DNA of 64,000 bases from a virus (IMGVR_UViG_3300037962_000450:1-64000), one strand, 5' to 3'. Shown: positions 25,571 through 37,600, numbered from the stretch's first letter. The notes: generated from the sequence alone by a model not told the origin. Program-made: numbers and translations.

Positions 25571-26057
25571 GGCTCCAGATTTTTATGTAATCAAAGATAC
25601 CAGAGAACAGGAAGGGTACTACTTCAGTGCTTACGGAAGCTGTTTGGGAATGGTGGAGCAAAAACTAGATACAGGAGACTATGCAATACAAGGACTCGAA
25701 GACAAGTGTTGCATAGAAAGGAAGGGGTGTATAGAAGAACTAGCTATCAACCTAGGAAAAACTAAGCACGCCTTTTTAAATGAAATAGAGAGAATGAAGT
25801 CATTCCCACACAAGTTTATTATTTTAGAGTTTGAGCTTTCAGATCTAGTCAATTTTCCTGAAAACAGCAGGATACCAGAAAAGAATAAGGCAAAACTGAA
25901 GATTACTGGAAAATACATGCTTAAATGCTTAATGGAATTTCAACTTTACGATGACGTACATGTATTGTTTTGTGGTAACAAACGGAACGGATTCCTAACT
26001 GTAAGCAGTATCCTCAAGAGAATAAATGAAATGTACACAGTGGGAAGGAAGAAATAA
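25554..26057 (+). CDS. ERCC4/XPF-domain nuclease
   Basis: IKDTREQ...LDTGDY...CIERKG..EL (ERKxxxD-like) motif. Confidence 0.85.
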   Translation: MGNYTKAPDFYVIKDTREQEGYYFSAYGSCLGMVEQKLDTGDYAIQGLEDKCCIERKGCIEELAINLGKTKHAFLNEIERMKSFPHKFIILEFELSDLVNFPENSRIPEKNKAKLKITGKYMLKCLMEFQLYDDVHVLFCGNKRNGFLTVSSILKRINEMYTVGRKK

Positions 26058-26701
26058 TGTCAGATCAATCAGGAGACATACATTCGTATGGTCTTGATGT
26101 AAAAAACAGAGAAGTATATCTACACGGATACCACGGTTCTTTTGACGAAGATCCCGGTGTAGAATATAGGATGGCTACTAACTTTATTAAAAACATAAGG
26201 TTGATAGACACTGCGGGAAAAGATCCAATACTAATACACATGCATAGCATTGGTGGAAATTGGAATGATGGCATGGCGATATACGATGCTATCAAGGCAT
26301 GCACATCATATACGACCATCCTTGTCTATGGACAGGCCGAATCTATGAGTGGCATTGTATTGCAAGCTGCCGACAAAAGGGTTATGATGCCTAACGCATA
26401 TTTTATGTGTCACTTTGGTTCAAGTGGATATGAAGGACATTACCTAAATGTCAGGTCAGGCGTCAAGTTTGAAGAAAAGCTTATTAGTGATATGTTAGAC
26501 ATTTATACATCGAGGTGTAAGTCTGGCAAATTTTTCAAGGAGCATTATAACCCAACCAATGAGAGTAAAGTCAAGAACTATATAAACACAAAAATGAAAT
26601 CAGGAGACTGGTATCTCAATAGTCACGAATCGGTTTACTATGGCTTTGCCGACAGCGTACTGATGACCAGAAAAAATAGGAATATTAGCAGTCTAAAATA
26701 A
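26057..26701 (+). CDS. clpP: ClpP-like serine protease
   Basis: IHMHSIGG..DGMAIYDAI; GQAESMS (catalytic Ser); KRVMMPNAYFMCH (His); YLNSHESVYYGFAD. Confidence 0.82.
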   Translation: MSDQSGDIHSYGLDVKNREVYLHGYHGSFDEDPGVEYRMATNFIKNIRLIDTAGKDPILIHMHSIGGNWNDGMAIYDAIKACTSYTTILVYGQAESMSGIVLQAADKRVMMPNAYFMCHFGSSGYEGHYLNVRSGVKFEEKLISDMLDIYTSRCKSGKFFKEHYNPTNESKVKNYINTKMKSGDWYLNSHESVYYGFADSVLMTRKNRNISSLK

Positions 26702-28707
26702 TGTCAGAGAAAAAATTAAAACAGATCAATGAAGCTTGGTTAGGTTTAGAGTTTCCAGAATCTCAGAAAATTTTCAACCCAGCAACACTCTTAAATTCCA
26801 AAGAGGAAGATTATCACCTTCGCCTCTCTTGGCTGATGACACAGCCCGAATACCTATCCTTTTTATGTAAGCATATACTAAACATCCAACTACTACCTTC
26901 TCAGGCTTTGATGCTTAATGAGATGTGGAGTAGAAAGTTTCCGATCCTTATTGCTAGTCGTGGTTTCGGTAAGTCCTTCATGCTTTCGCTTTACTCTATT
27001 CTTAGAGCACTCTTGCTCCCAAAGAGAAAAGTAGTCATCGTAGGTGCGGCTTTCAGACAGTCTAAGATTCTCTTTGAATATATGGAAACTATATGGAGAA
27101 ATTCTCCAATACTCAGGGATATTTGCAGCGACACAAGTGGACCCAGAAGAGATGTTGACAGGTGCGTCTTAAGACTAAACGAAAGTACAGTCACATGCCT
27201 ACCATTAGGTGACGGCCAAAAGATTCGTGGTCAACGTGCAAACGATATTATCTCTGACGAATTTGCGTCAATACCAAGAGATATCTTTGAAACAGTCGTT
27301 GCTGGTTTTGCCGCCGTATCAGCAGACCCAATCGACAACGTAAGAAGACTAGCATCAGAAAAGAAAGCTAAAGAGCTTGGCATTAAGATTGAAGAAAAAC
27401 AAGAGGCTGTATCTGCAAACAAAGACAACCAAATCATCATCTCCGGTACAGCCTACTACGACTTCAACCATTTTGCCGAGTACTGGAAAAAGTGGAAGTC
27501 AATAATAAAAAGTCAAGGCAGACCCTCAAGACTTAGGGAAGTATTTGGTGGGGAAGATCCTCCGCCAGATTTTGACTGGACACAGTATTCCATAATACGG
27601 ATACCATACGAACTCCTACCAGAAGGGTTTATGGATGCATCTCAAGTTGCTAGATCTAAGGCTACAGTACATACAGGCATTTACCAAATGGAATTTGGGG
27701 CATGCTTTACTAGAGACTCACAGGGTTTCTTTAAGAGATCGCTGATAGAATCCTGCGTTATCACTAAAGACAATATAATAAAAGATCACAAAGGGGAAGA
27801 AATAAACTTTGAGGCAGTCCTCATAGGAGACCCAAAGAAGAGGTATGTATTTGGTGTTGACCCCGCATCCGAAGTCGATAACTTTAGCATAGTCGTTTTA
27901 GAGTTATGCGGCAACCACAGGAAGATAGTTCACTGCTGGACTACCACCAGATCAGAACACAGAGAAAAAGTAAAGAAAGGTTATTCTGCCGAGACTGACT
28001 TCTATGCATATTGTGCTAGAAAAATCAGAGACCTAATGAGGCAATTCCCTTGTATACATATAGCTATGGATGCTCAGGGTGGCGGCATAGCTGTCATGGA
28101 ATCCCTACACGACAAAGACAAAATAAAAGAGGGCGAAATAGCAATATGGCCAGTAATTGACGAAGATAAACCAAAAGACACTGACGACGAAAGAGGGTTG
28201 CATATATTGGAGATGTGCCAGTTTGCCAAGTATGACTGGCTAGCGGAATCTAATCACAGCCTAAGAAAAGACTTTGAGGATAAAGTTTTAATATTTCCAT
28301 TCTTCGATTCAATTACCCTTGGTTTATCAAATTCAGAAGATGCTCTTAAAAACAGAATGTTTGACACTCTAGAAGATTGCGTTATGGATATTGAAGAACT
28401 AAAGGATGAGTTAGCAATGATTCAGATGACACAAACGCCAAGCGGCAGAGATAAATGGGATACTCCTGAAGTTATTACCGGCCCCGGTAAAAAAAGCAAG
28501 ATGAGAAAAGATAGGTACTCCGCACTGCTAATGGCTAACATGGCCGGTAGAATCATCCAGAGAACCCCCACCCCAGAAGAGTACGGCTTCTATGGAGGCT
28601 TCGCTTATGCCGGAGGTGAAAACTATGCCAAAGACAAAAAAACGCAAAACAAAAATATGTACTCAGGTCCGAGCTGGTTCGTTGACAACATCAATGACGT
28701 GTACTAA
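26701..28707 (+). CDS. terL: terminase large subunit
   Basis: Walker A ASRGFGKS, IRGQRANDIISDE (Walker B), nuclease FGVDPAS, DRYSALLM. Confidence 0.92.
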   Translation: MSEKKLKQINEAWLGLEFPESQKIFNPATLLNSKEEDYHLRLSWLMTQPEYLSFLCKHILNIQLLPSQALMLNEMWSRKFPILIASRGFGKSFMLSLYSILRALLLPKRKVVIVGAAFRQSKILFEYMETIWRNSPILRDICSDTSGPRRDVDRCVLRLNESTVTCLPLGDGQKIRGQRANDIISDEFASIPRDIFETVVAGFAAVSADPIDNVRRLASEKKAKELGIKIEEKQEAVSANKDNQIIISGTAYYDFNHFAEYWKKWKSIIKSQGRPSRLREVFGGEDPPPDFDWTQYSIIRIPYELLPEGFMDASQVARSKATVHTGIYQMEFGACFTRDSQGFFKRSLIESCVITKDNIIKDHKGEEINFEAVLIGDPKKRYVFGVDPASEVDNFSIVVLELCGNHRKIVHCWTTTRSEHREKVKKGYSAETDFYAYCARKIRDLMRQFPCIHIAMDAQGGGIAVMESLHDKDKIKEGEIAIWPVIDEDKPKDTDDERGLHILEMCQFAKYDWLAESNHSLRKDFEDKVLIFPFFDSITLGLSNSEDALKNRMFDTLEDCVMDIEELKDELAMIQMTQTPSGRDKWDTPEVITGPGKKSKMRKDRYSALLMANMAGRIIQRTPTPEEYGFYGGFAYAGGENYAKDKKTQNKNMYSGPSWFVDNINDVY

Positions 28708-28767
28708 TTTGTGTATAATCTAATAACAATCCAATTACATTCCAAATGCTCAGTATGGTGATAAAAA

Positions 28768-30876
28768 ATGACTGAAAATAATGACTTCATAACTTGGTCC
28801 GATGGCGATGAAAGAGGTAAGGCGGAAGCCTTTTCTCAGTTTTCAGATGTGAGTGATGCATACTCAGGGATTGGTAAAAGCCACGCATCCCACAGGGACT
28901 TTACAGACATTGAAACAAATATATCTGTCAGGAGCGGCTTTGGGTATCCAGACTACTACGCCTTCAGATCACACGAACAGATCCCACAGAGACAGAAGCG
29001 TATCATCAAGATGTGCATGAACGCCTATGATAAAGTCGGGATTATCAGAAATGTAATAGACCTAATGGGAGACTTTGGACAGCAAGGAATCAACCTAGTA
29101 CACCAGAACAAAAGTGTAGAAAAGTTCTACCGCAACTGGTTTAAGAAAGTCAACGGCAAGGAGAGGTCTGAGAGATTTCTTAACATATTATACAGGACAG
29201 GTAATGTTATAATTTATAAGTCATTTGCAAACATGACTCCTGAACTAATCAAGTTCATGAAGACTGTAGCAAACGATATCAAAGTCGAGACTCCAGACAT
29301 CGAAAACAATGTTATCCCTTGGAGATACAACTTCTTCAACCCAATGAGCGTCAACCTAAAAGATGGCGGTTTATCTCTATTCCTTGGCAAGAAAAACCTA
29401 ACCATATCTTCATCAAGTCTGCTAGACAAATTCAAAGACAATAGCATTCCCCCACATGTACTAGACACGCTACCTCCAAAGATAAAGCGGAGTATCGAGA
29501 GGGGCGAGAAAGAAATCCCATTAGACCCAGATAGGGTTTCCACGTTTTATTACAAGAAAGACGACTGGAGTCAGTGGGCGAATCCCATGATCTACGCTAT
29601 ACTTGACGACGTTATGATGCTTGAGAAAATGAGGCTAGCAGATTTGTCAGCATTAGACGGCGCTATCTCCAATATAAGACTGTGGACTATTGGTAACTTA
29701 GACCATAAGATTCTCCCTAATAAATCGGCAATCAATAAGCTTAGAGAGATACTTTCTAATAATGTTGGGGGCGGTACGATGGAACTTGTTTGGGGGCCTG
29801 AACTTAGCTTTACTGAATCGAGCAGTGACGTTTATAAGTTCCTAGGTTCTGAAAAATATCAAGCAGTTCTAAATAGTATATATGCTGGACTTGGAGTTCC
29901 TCCTACGCTCACAGGTATGGCCGGTCAAAGCGGAGGTTTTACTAATAACTTTATATCTCTCAAGACCTTAGTGGAAAGACTACAGTATGGAAGAGATATG
30001 CTTATCAAGTTCTGGCAACACGAGGTTGAGCTTGTTAGAAGAGCCATGGGCTTTAGATACCCTGCTCAAATCCACTTTGATCAAATGTCACTATCAGACG
30101 AGGCTGCTGAAAAGAATCTTCTAATACAATTAGCAGATAGGGATATTATCAGCCACGAAACAGTACTTGAAAGATTTAAGGAAATACCAACAATCGAAAA
30201 AATTAGACTCAAGAGAGAATTACAGGACAGGGAAAGAGAAAGCTCCCCAGATAAGGCTGGACCATTCCACAACGCCCAGCATCAAAATGATCTGGAAAAG
30301 ATTGCACTACAACAAGGTGTAGTAACTCCAGAAGACGTTGGTCTTGAGAGCAGTCTCGACTCAAAGGATATGATAGATAGGAAGTTTCCTAAGCCTCAAC
30401 CGGCTGGGCCAAGCGGACCATCAGGGCCTCCAAAGAAAAAGAAATCAGAGAAGCCAGACGGTGGAAGGCCTAGGTTTTCAACAGACAAAGACCCTCGAAA
30501 GAAGAGGGTTGACAAGCCTAGATCTAAACCCGGCCTTGCTGAACTGATTGCATGGAGTCAAAACTCTTTAGGCGAGATCTCAGATATCGTAAACGAGGCG
30601 TTCCTGAGCGTCAAAGGAAAGAAGAACCTAAGACAGCTAACTAAGTCTGACGTAGCTGAATTAGAAAACCTAAAGCTTGACGTGCTTACAAATTCCGACG
30701 TTAACTCTGAGATAACGCCTGACATTGTATACCAAAGCATGGCAAGCAACCTACGAATGCCCCAAGACTTCAAGGAATTACTTGAGATCTCAGGCGTGAA
30801 TACGGACAATATGAGCATTGATTCCTACAGACAACACGTCATAGGGGTGTTTGTGGAATACAAACTAAGTAGGTGA
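28768..30876 (+). CDS. portal protein
   Basis: 702 aa directly after terL; VGIIRNVIDLMGDF, IYAGLGVP..L patterns; Pro/Lys-rich C-terminal extension. Confidence 0.82.
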   Translation: MTENNDFITWSDGDERGKAEAFSQFSDVSDAYSGIGKSHASHRDFTDIETNISVRSGFGYPDYYAFRSHEQIPQRQKRIIKMCMNAYDKVGIIRNVIDLMGDFGQQGINLVHQNKSVEKFYRNWFKKVNGKERSERFLNILYRTGNVIIYKSFANMTPELIKFMKTVANDIKVETPDIENNVIPWRYNFFNPMSVNLKDGGLSLFLGKKNLTISSSSLLDKFKDNSIPPHVLDTLPPKIKRSIERGEKEIPLDPDRVSTFYYKKDDWSQWANPMIYAILDDVMMLEKMRLADLSALDGAISNIRLWTIGNLDHKILPNKSAINKLREILSNNVGGGTMELVWGPELSFTESSSDVYKFLGSEKYQAVLNSIYAGLGVPPTLTGMAGQSGGFTNNFISLKTLVERLQYGRDMLIKFWQHEVELVRRAMGFRYPAQIHFDQMSLSDEAAEKNLLIQLADRDIISHETVLERFKEIPTIEKIRLKRELQDRERESSPDKAGPFHNAQHQNDLEKIALQQGVVTPEDVGLESSLDSKDMIDRKFPKPQPAGPSGPSGPPKKKKSEKPDGGRPRFSTDKDPRKKRVDKPRSKPGLAELIAWSQNSLGEISDIVNEAFLSVKGKKNLRQLTKSDVAELENLKLDVLTNSDVNSEITPDIVYQSMASNLRMPQDFKELLEISGVNTDNMSIDSYRQHVIGVFVEYKLSR

Positions 30877-30933
30877 AAATCCGTAGTTTACAATAATTTA
30901 AACAAGTTGTGTATATATTTTTAGAGGTTTCCC

Positions 30934-32430
30934 ATGAGCGAAATAAACATATACAAGCAAGAAATAGCCGATGGTCTTTCTGAGGCCATCGCTGCACAGA
31001 ATTCAATTGCGTACTGTTCTCCAGCCACGATCTCGAAAGAGGAACGTGTCGATTCAGAACTACCTAATATATCAAGCCCGGACATAGACAAGCTTCTAGC
31101 TAATAGCAACCCGGACCAGATAGATTTGTATTATCTAGAGTCAGTTCTGGTTTCAACTGGATGGAACAAGAATGATGATGTATTTCAGCCCGGAATTACT
31201 TGGGCGGCTAGAACTACACCAGAAGATAAACAATTTAACTTTATGCACGACGAGAACGATATCATCGGGCATATAACGAGTAGTTACGTTATTGATAGAA
31301 ACGGAAACAAAGTATCGGCTGATGCCGAGTGCCCAGAAAGCTTTGATATTATTACTGAAGCGGTTTTATACAATAGCTGGACGGGACCAGAGAATAGAGA
31401 AAGGATGCAGCAAATAATTGCTGAAATAGAGGACGGGAAATGGTTCGTATCCATGGAGTGCCTTTTTGCAGGTTTTGATTATGCCCTTGTTGACCCCAAA
31501 GGGGAATCAAAATTACTAGAGAGAAACGAGTCATCGGCGTTTCTTACTAAGCATCTAAGGTCTTACGGAGGAACCGGAGAGTACGAAGGATACAAAATAG
31601 GTAGAGCTTTACGGAATATTTCTTTTTCTGGGAAAGGTTTAGTTTCTAAGCCAGCAAACCCAAGAAGCATTATTCTTAACTCCAGTAAAGCATTCCTAGT
31701 AGATGATGAGAATAAACTTACTGAGTTTTCAATAGGAGACAAAGAAATGTCCGACAATCAGAATCTGTTAGAGAAGCAGGTTGCCGACCTTCAGGCTGAG
31801 CTTAAAGCTGCTATAGCTCAAAACGAAGCCATGAAGAAAGATATCGAAGAAGCAAAAGATAAAGAATTTGCATCTACGATCCAAGCTTTTGAAGGCGATA
31901 TCGCTGACAAGGCTGAGGCTATCACTGCTCTTGAAGAAGCTTCGCAAGCTTCACAAACAAAGATCGCTGAGCTGGAAGAAGCTCTAGCACAAAAAGACGA
32001 AGAATTAGCAGAAGCTCACAAAACCCTAGAAGACTGGAAACAAAAAGAACGTCAACAAAAACGTTTGGCCAGCCTTGTAGACGCAGGTTTTGATGCAGAA
32101 GAAGCTGAAGAATCTCTTGCTCTTTACGATGCTCTTGAAGACGAAGCATTTGATGCTATCGTTGCCAAGTGGTACGACAAGAAAAAGAAAAAGGAAGACG
32201 AAGAAAAGAAGGATGCTGAAGCAGAAGCAGAAGTGGAAGTGGAAGCAGAAGCATCTGAAACTTCAGAAGCTGATGAATCAGAAGAAGCTGAAGCTACGGA
32301 AGAAATGTTTGACGAAGTAGAATCTTCAGAAGCAACACTAGTTGAAGCTGAAGAAGACGATCTACAAGACACCAGAGCTAGTCTAGCTGAGTGGCTTTCC
32401 GAAAACGTTTTGAGAACAAACACTAAGTAA
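30934..32430 (+). CDS. prohead protease/scaffold protein
   Basis: WNKNDDVF, FNFMHD, WFVSMECLF, FSGKGLVSKPANPRS, then acidic coiled-coil scaffold; between portal and capsid. Confidence 0.78.
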   Translation: MSEINIYKQEIADGLSEAIAAQNSIAYCSPATISKEERVDSELPNISSPDIDKLLANSNPDQIDLYYLESVLVSTGWNKNDDVFQPGITWAARTTPEDKQFNFMHDENDIIGHITSSYVIDRNGNKVSADAECPESFDIITEAVLYNSWTGPENRERMQQIIAEIEDGKWFVSMECLFAGFDYALVDPKGESKLLERNESSAFLTKHLRSYGGTGEYEGYKIGRALRNISFSGKGLVSKPANPRSIILNSSKAFLVDDENKLTEFSIGDKEMSDNQNLLEKQVADLQAELKAAIAQNEAMKKDIEEAKDKEFASTIQAFEGDIADKAEAITALEEASQASQTKIAELEEALAQKDEELAEAHKTLEDWKQKERQQKRLASLVDAGFDAEEAEESLALYDALEDEAFDAIVAKWYDKKKKKEDEEKKDAEAEAEVEVEAEASETSEADESEEAEATEEMFDEVESSEATLVEAEEDDLQDTRASLAEWLSENVLRTNTK

Positions 32431-32453
32431 AACTCTATAAAGGAGATCTAAAA

Positions 32454-32942
32454 ATGGCTCTTAAAGCAGATAGAAATGAACTCCAGACTGACATTAGCTT
32501 CTTCTACGATGCCGCTGCTGCAACTCGTGGTGGAGTAGTTTGTCATGATGGTACTACCGCATCTGGTGCAGCTATGGACCAAGGTGTGAACAAAGTTCGC
32601 TACCAAGCGACAGTTACTACAGACCACGTTCCAGTAGGCATTTTGCTTAACGACGTAGTTAACAAAGACTTAACAAGAACCCACCTAAACCACTTCAAAG
32701 ATGAAGTTCAGCTAGGTGGAAAAGTTACAGTTCTCCGTAAGGGTTGGGTTGTAACCAATATGCTTTCCGGCACACCTGCTGCTGGTAATGTAGCATTTGT
32801 TACTGACAATGGTAACATCGCCGCTGCATCTAATATTGGTGCATCTGGTAGCCTTGCTATTGGACGATTCTTGACCGGTAAGGACGAGGATGGTTACGCA
32901 AAGGTTGAAGTGAACCTACCTAACTTCGGACAAGATTCCTAA
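32454..32942 (+). CDS. capsid decoration/cement protein
   Basis: 162-aa Gly-rich beta protein immediately before the major capsid protein; PVGILLNDVV, GGKVTVLRKGWVVT. Confidence 0.68.
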   Translation: MALKADRNELQTDISFFYDAAAATRGGVVCHDGTTASGAAMDQGVNKVRYQATVTTDHVPVGILLNDVVNKDLTRTHLNHFKDEVQLGGKVTVLRKGWVVTNMLSGTPAAGNVAFVTDNGNIAAASNIGASGSLAIGRFLTGKDEDGYAKVEVNLPNFGQDS

Positions 32943-32969
32943 GCCAACCTAAATAAAGGAGATCAAATA

Positions 32970-33977
32970 ATGACTACTTTTAATAGACCTAGCGAAGATC
33001 ATCTTGCCCTGCTTCGCAAAACAGGAGATACCGACGTTAATGTCGCAGTTGCCGCTCAGCGGGAATTTGCTAAAGCGTTGGAGCTTCCATTAAGAAAGGG
33101 CGTACTTGTTGGTAATATCCTTGGCGACATTTTTGAAACCATTAATGTTGAACCGGGAAGTACCACTGAATTTCCGTTAGACCTGATTTCTCCGGGTATG
33201 GAAGGCGACCATGTTGCTTACACCAACCCCGGACACGGTAGAATTCCAGAACGAGCAGTCGAGAGTGACTACGTGACTATTCCTACGTATAGCATCACGT
33301 CCTCAATCGACTACCTCTTGCGATACGCTAGAGAAGCTCGCTGGGATATCGTATCACGAGCTATGCAAGTGATGGAAGCTGGATTCGTCAAGAAAATGAA
33401 TGACGATGGCTGGCACACACTTCTTGCTGCTGGTGTTGACCGTAACATCTTGGTCTACGATGGCGATGCAACTGCCGGTATGTTTACGAAGAGACTTGTC
33501 TCTTTGATGCAGACTGTCATGCGTCGTAACTCTGGCGGTAACAGTGCTTCAGTTGGCCGTGGTCGTCTAACTGACTTGTACGTTAGCCCAGAAGCTCTTG
33601 AAGATGTTCGTAACTGGGGTATGGATCAGGTGGACGAAGTAACCCGCCGTGAAATCTACACCGCTGATGCAGAGGGTGCCCCAATCACCCGTATCTTTGG
33701 TGTTAACCTCCACTCCCTTGATGAGCTTGGCGAAGGCCAAGAGTATCAGAGCTTCTTCACCAATGAGCTTGGTGGTGCAGTCCAATCCGCAGACTCTGAG
33801 CTTGTCGTTGGACTAGACCTGTCAAACCGCGACAGCTTTGTCATGCCTGTCAAGCAGCAGCTAGAAGTCTTTGAAGATCCTACTCTTCATCGTCAACAGC
33901 GCGCTGGCTTCTACGGCTGGGCAGAGATTGGTTTTGGTGTACTTGACAACAGAAGGGTTATCCTAGGCTCCTTCTAG
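32970..33977 (+). CDS. major capsid protein (HK97 fold)
   Basis: 335 aa, position, GRIPERAVES..VTIPTYSI, RQQRAGFYGWAEIGFGVLD; strong terminator after it. Confidence 0.85.
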   Translation: MTTFNRPSEDHLALLRKTGDTDVNVAVAAQREFAKALELPLRKGVLVGNILGDIFETINVEPGSTTEFPLDLISPGMEGDHVAYTNPGHGRIPERAVESDYVTIPTYSITSSIDYLLRYAREARWDIVSRAMQVMEAGFVKKMNDDGWHTLLAAGVDRNILVYDGDATAGMFTKRLVSLMQTVMRRNSGGNSASVGRGRLTDLYVSPEALEDVRNWGMDQVDEVTRREIYTADAEGAPITRIFGVNLHSLDELGEGQEYQSFFTNELGGAVQSADSELVVGLDLSNRDSFVMPVKQQLEVFEDPTLHRQQRAGFYGWAEIGFGVLDNRRVILGSF

Positions 33978-34012
33978 GCCTAAAAGTACACTTTTTTAAC
34001 TGCGCCCATGTT

Positions 34013-34049
34013 GAGCCGCCCCCAAATAAACGGGGGTGGCTCTTTTTTT
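34013..34049 (+). terminator. Rho-independent terminator
   Basis: GAGCCGCCCCC-AAATAAAC-GGGGGTGGCTC-TTTTTTT. Confidence 0.9.
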
Positions 34050-34104
34050 ATGTGTATATACTAATAGAACATGTTCTTTTAGGACGAATTTATAGGAGAT
34101 TAAA

Positions 34105-34620
34105 ATGGCTAACGCACTCTCTGATTATTTAGAATCAGGCCTACTAAACTACCTTTTTAGAGGGTATAGCTTTCCAAAACCTGAAAATATCTCTATTGCC
34201 TTGACCAGTGGAGTGCCACAAGACGCACATACAGGAGCTGGGCAACTTTACACAGGAGTAACAAACTCCCTTCCTGAACTATGTAGCGGTATTGATTATC
34301 TAGGCAAACCTACCCTAGGCGCTCAATCTTCAGGCACTGGATATTCCAGAGTAACACTAGGAGCACCATCAAACGAGAGGTGGTCGTATGTATCAGATGA
34401 CTGGGACGCGGGAAGTGGTGTCATCAGAAATAGTGGGCAAATTGTTTTCAACACAGCCCTTACAGACTGGGGATGGGTGTCAGGTGTAGCCTTAGTAGAT
34501 AACTCCACGATTGGAACTGGAAATCTATTAATGTGGGCGGAACTGGACAATCCAAGACTAATTTACACAGGAGACAACGTTAAGTTTGATGTTGGTACCT
34601 TAGAAATTAGCTTCAAATAA
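34105..34620 (+). CDS. minor tail / fibre-associated structural protein
   Basis: MANALSDYLE..LLNYLFRG...GYSRV...IVFNTALTDWGWV..VALVD...GNLLMW pattern. Confidence 0.68.
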   Translation: MANALSDYLESGLLNYLFRGYSFPKPENISIALTSGVPQDAHTGAGQLYTGVTNSLPELCSGIDYLGKPTLGAQSSGTGYSRVTLGAPSNERWSYVSDDWDAGSGVIRNSGQIVFNTALTDWGWVSGVALVDNSTIGTGNLLMWAELDNPRLIYTGDNVKFDVGTLEISFK

Positions 34621-34635
34621 ACAAGGTAGTCTCCG

Positions 34636-37600
34636 ATGATTCTGAATAAGCTAAAGCTTGTAGAAAATATAACAAGAGATATAGTCGATAACTCAACCGG
34701 CTTAGTATCTCCGCGAGATGTCAGGCAAAACATGCTTGACCTCGCTGATTCTGTACACTTACTTACCGCCGACCACAACCTATTTTCTAAAAACTTTGGT
34801 ACGGTAGACACCAGAACAACACGGGCTGGCGATAAAGCTATTGGCAAGCTAGACTTGCCCGGATACAAAAGTATCGACAATACCGCCTTTGGCTATTCAG
34901 CCCTTATGGATATTTATACCGGGGCTAGAAACACAGCCGTTGGTTCACACGCACTAGGCTGTGCGCTATACGGGCACGACAACATTGGTATTGGTAACAG
35001 CGCTGTTGCAGGCGCTGTTTTTGGTTCTGGTAATGTAGGGGTTGGTAACTTCAGTTTGCATAGAGTTAAGGAAGGAAACCTTAACATTGCAATTGGTCAC
35101 GGAGCTGGCTACTATATAAACCCAAATGACAGCTACAAGTTCTACCTCGGAAGTCACGACGTAAACAGTCAGTCTGTATGTGACAACCCTCTTGGTTCAG
35201 GACTGATACCCCTTCTTCACGGCGACTTGATCAGGCTGAAATTAGGGGTTGCTGTAAGCGGTCTAGACGACTACGGCAAGCTACAGGTTGGTGGAGATAT
35301 AACACCTTCTGGTAGTGACCAGTTCAATTTGGGTCACTCAGACAGGCGGTGGAGACATATCCTAGCATCCCGATCACTTAACTATCCTTCCGGCAACGAC
35401 TTCACTATCTCTAGATCAACATCTGCCGGAAACAAAGATGTGCTATTCTTAGGAAGCGGCGGAGCCATAGGCGTTGGCAATAATACGCCATCTGGAAATC
35501 ACGGCATCATTACTTCCAGTGGAAGCATTGTCCCCTTATGGAATGATAACTTTCAGCTTGGACACCCAGACCTAAGATGGGGAGCTGGCTTCTTTAAATC
35601 CCTCCACGTCAGTGGCGCTTTAGATGTAACTGAATATAACTACAAAGAAATCAATAGTTGTATATACGAATGTAAGACTCTTTATTTAGCGTCAAGTGGA
35701 GATCCGTGCTATTCAGGTGGTCCACCATGCGGATATCTCACAGACCAAGAGCTTGAAGGTGGAGGGTTAGTACTACAATCTAGCGGAACAGATGGTTCCG
35801 AGCAAGGGTTCTTCAGGAGAAACTACGAGTGGGTTTACAGATCTCCAGACCCAACCCTGAAATGTTTAGAGACCGACTCCCCTTATTCCAGATCATCTTG
35901 GAATAGTAACATTAGCATTCATGTTGCTTCAGGTTCACACGTAAGAACTGACAGGGTGACGGGATATGACACACTAGCCCTCATTAACCAAAACGGTTGT
36001 TACGGCTGGTTCATCCAGAGAGATGATGATATCATTAGGACTGGCGATCTTGGCCAGAATGAGATACAGAAGATTACAATCAACGCTACAGGTGGCACGT
36101 TTACGCTAACATATAGTGGGCAAACTACATCTGCTATCGCTTTTGACGCCTCTTCATCTGACGTACAGTCAGCACTGGAAGCCCTGTCAAACCTAGAAGT
36201 GGGTGATATTGCAGTTACCGGAAATAACGGCGGTCCTTGGACTGTTACGTTTACTGGGACATTAGCGAAAACTAACGTTGCTCAGATTACCTGCAATGGT
36301 TCAAACCTAACTTTGGGCGGCACGGTAAACGAAAGCTCCAGAACATTCTTCGCTCATAGATACCTCTCGCAAAGAGTTAACAGTTTACAGTCTGTTTTCT
36401 TGTCCCACCGAACCGACTACTTCTATATCCGCAAAAACAGTTCCGCCACCCAAGGAGCCTTTAAACTTCGCATTAAAAGAGAAGATACCGGTGCTATATT
36501 CACAACTGAGCCAATCCCGTTTGATGCTACAAGAGTAGACGTTGCTGACGCTATTAATGATGCCGTAAAAGCGCAGGGCATAACAGGGGTTACGGTACTT
36601 TCTAGCTACGCATACGATTCCCACGAAGGCCAAATTGCAGGCGGAAGATATGACAGCATATCAGAGCTACTTAACAAAAGCCGCCAAACTTACAGATTTG
36701 ATCCAACCGGCAAAGTGATGGTGGTGGGAGAACAAACCTCTTACCGGTACTCATGGTTCTTCATAGTAAGTGGTCGCCCAGATCGAGCAGCGATAAGCGG
36801 CAACAAAAACCCAAAAATCAGCCTTCATCGGGACGACGTTGGTGCGCAAAACTTTCACAGCGAGGGTATGGACGGATCTCAATCGTTCTACTACATTAAG
36901 TACGCAGAGACCCACAAGACCCAGACCGACCTTGTTCATTACGCCGGTAATGGACAATATGATAATGATGCCGAGCCATCTGATGTAGGACTTAAGGTTG
37001 TGTGGCGTCAGCCAATAACCGGTGGGGCCACCAAAGAGGTTGAGTTCTTCACAAGCGATACAGTGGCTATCGCCCAGCCTAAATTTGACGCCGTATTTGG
37101 GGCTGGAGCAGTTGAGATATCATCCAATGGTGCAGGTACGGCCCACCACACAATTGGCTACTGGCCCGAAGGATCTGCCGCTGACGATTTTGCTCAAGCC
37201 GGTTGGTTTATTAAGTATAAAAGCGCTGAACTTTTAGCAGAAGATATAACACCGTATATTATATATGCCGACAGGAAAGAGTACAGCCGCAATGTCCGTA
37301 GTATTCCAACTCGCGACGGTAGCACGTTAGACACTAGCGCATCCTATCTTCCATATCTATCCGTTTATCTATACCGTTCCGAAGGTGAAGGGCCTACCAT
37401 CGCTACGGGAACATGCTCTACCGAAACAATGCAAGAAGGGATGGCTGACATATCAGCGATCACTAAAGTTGATAACGTTGTCTACCTAACCAAAGAAGAC
37501 CATATCACACCAAACCCAATTAGCCCCGAAGGTAAGATTGGTAATGTCACAGACGTAAACTTTATTGCGTCAGGTGTTGATAGAGATTATCACGTCAGCT

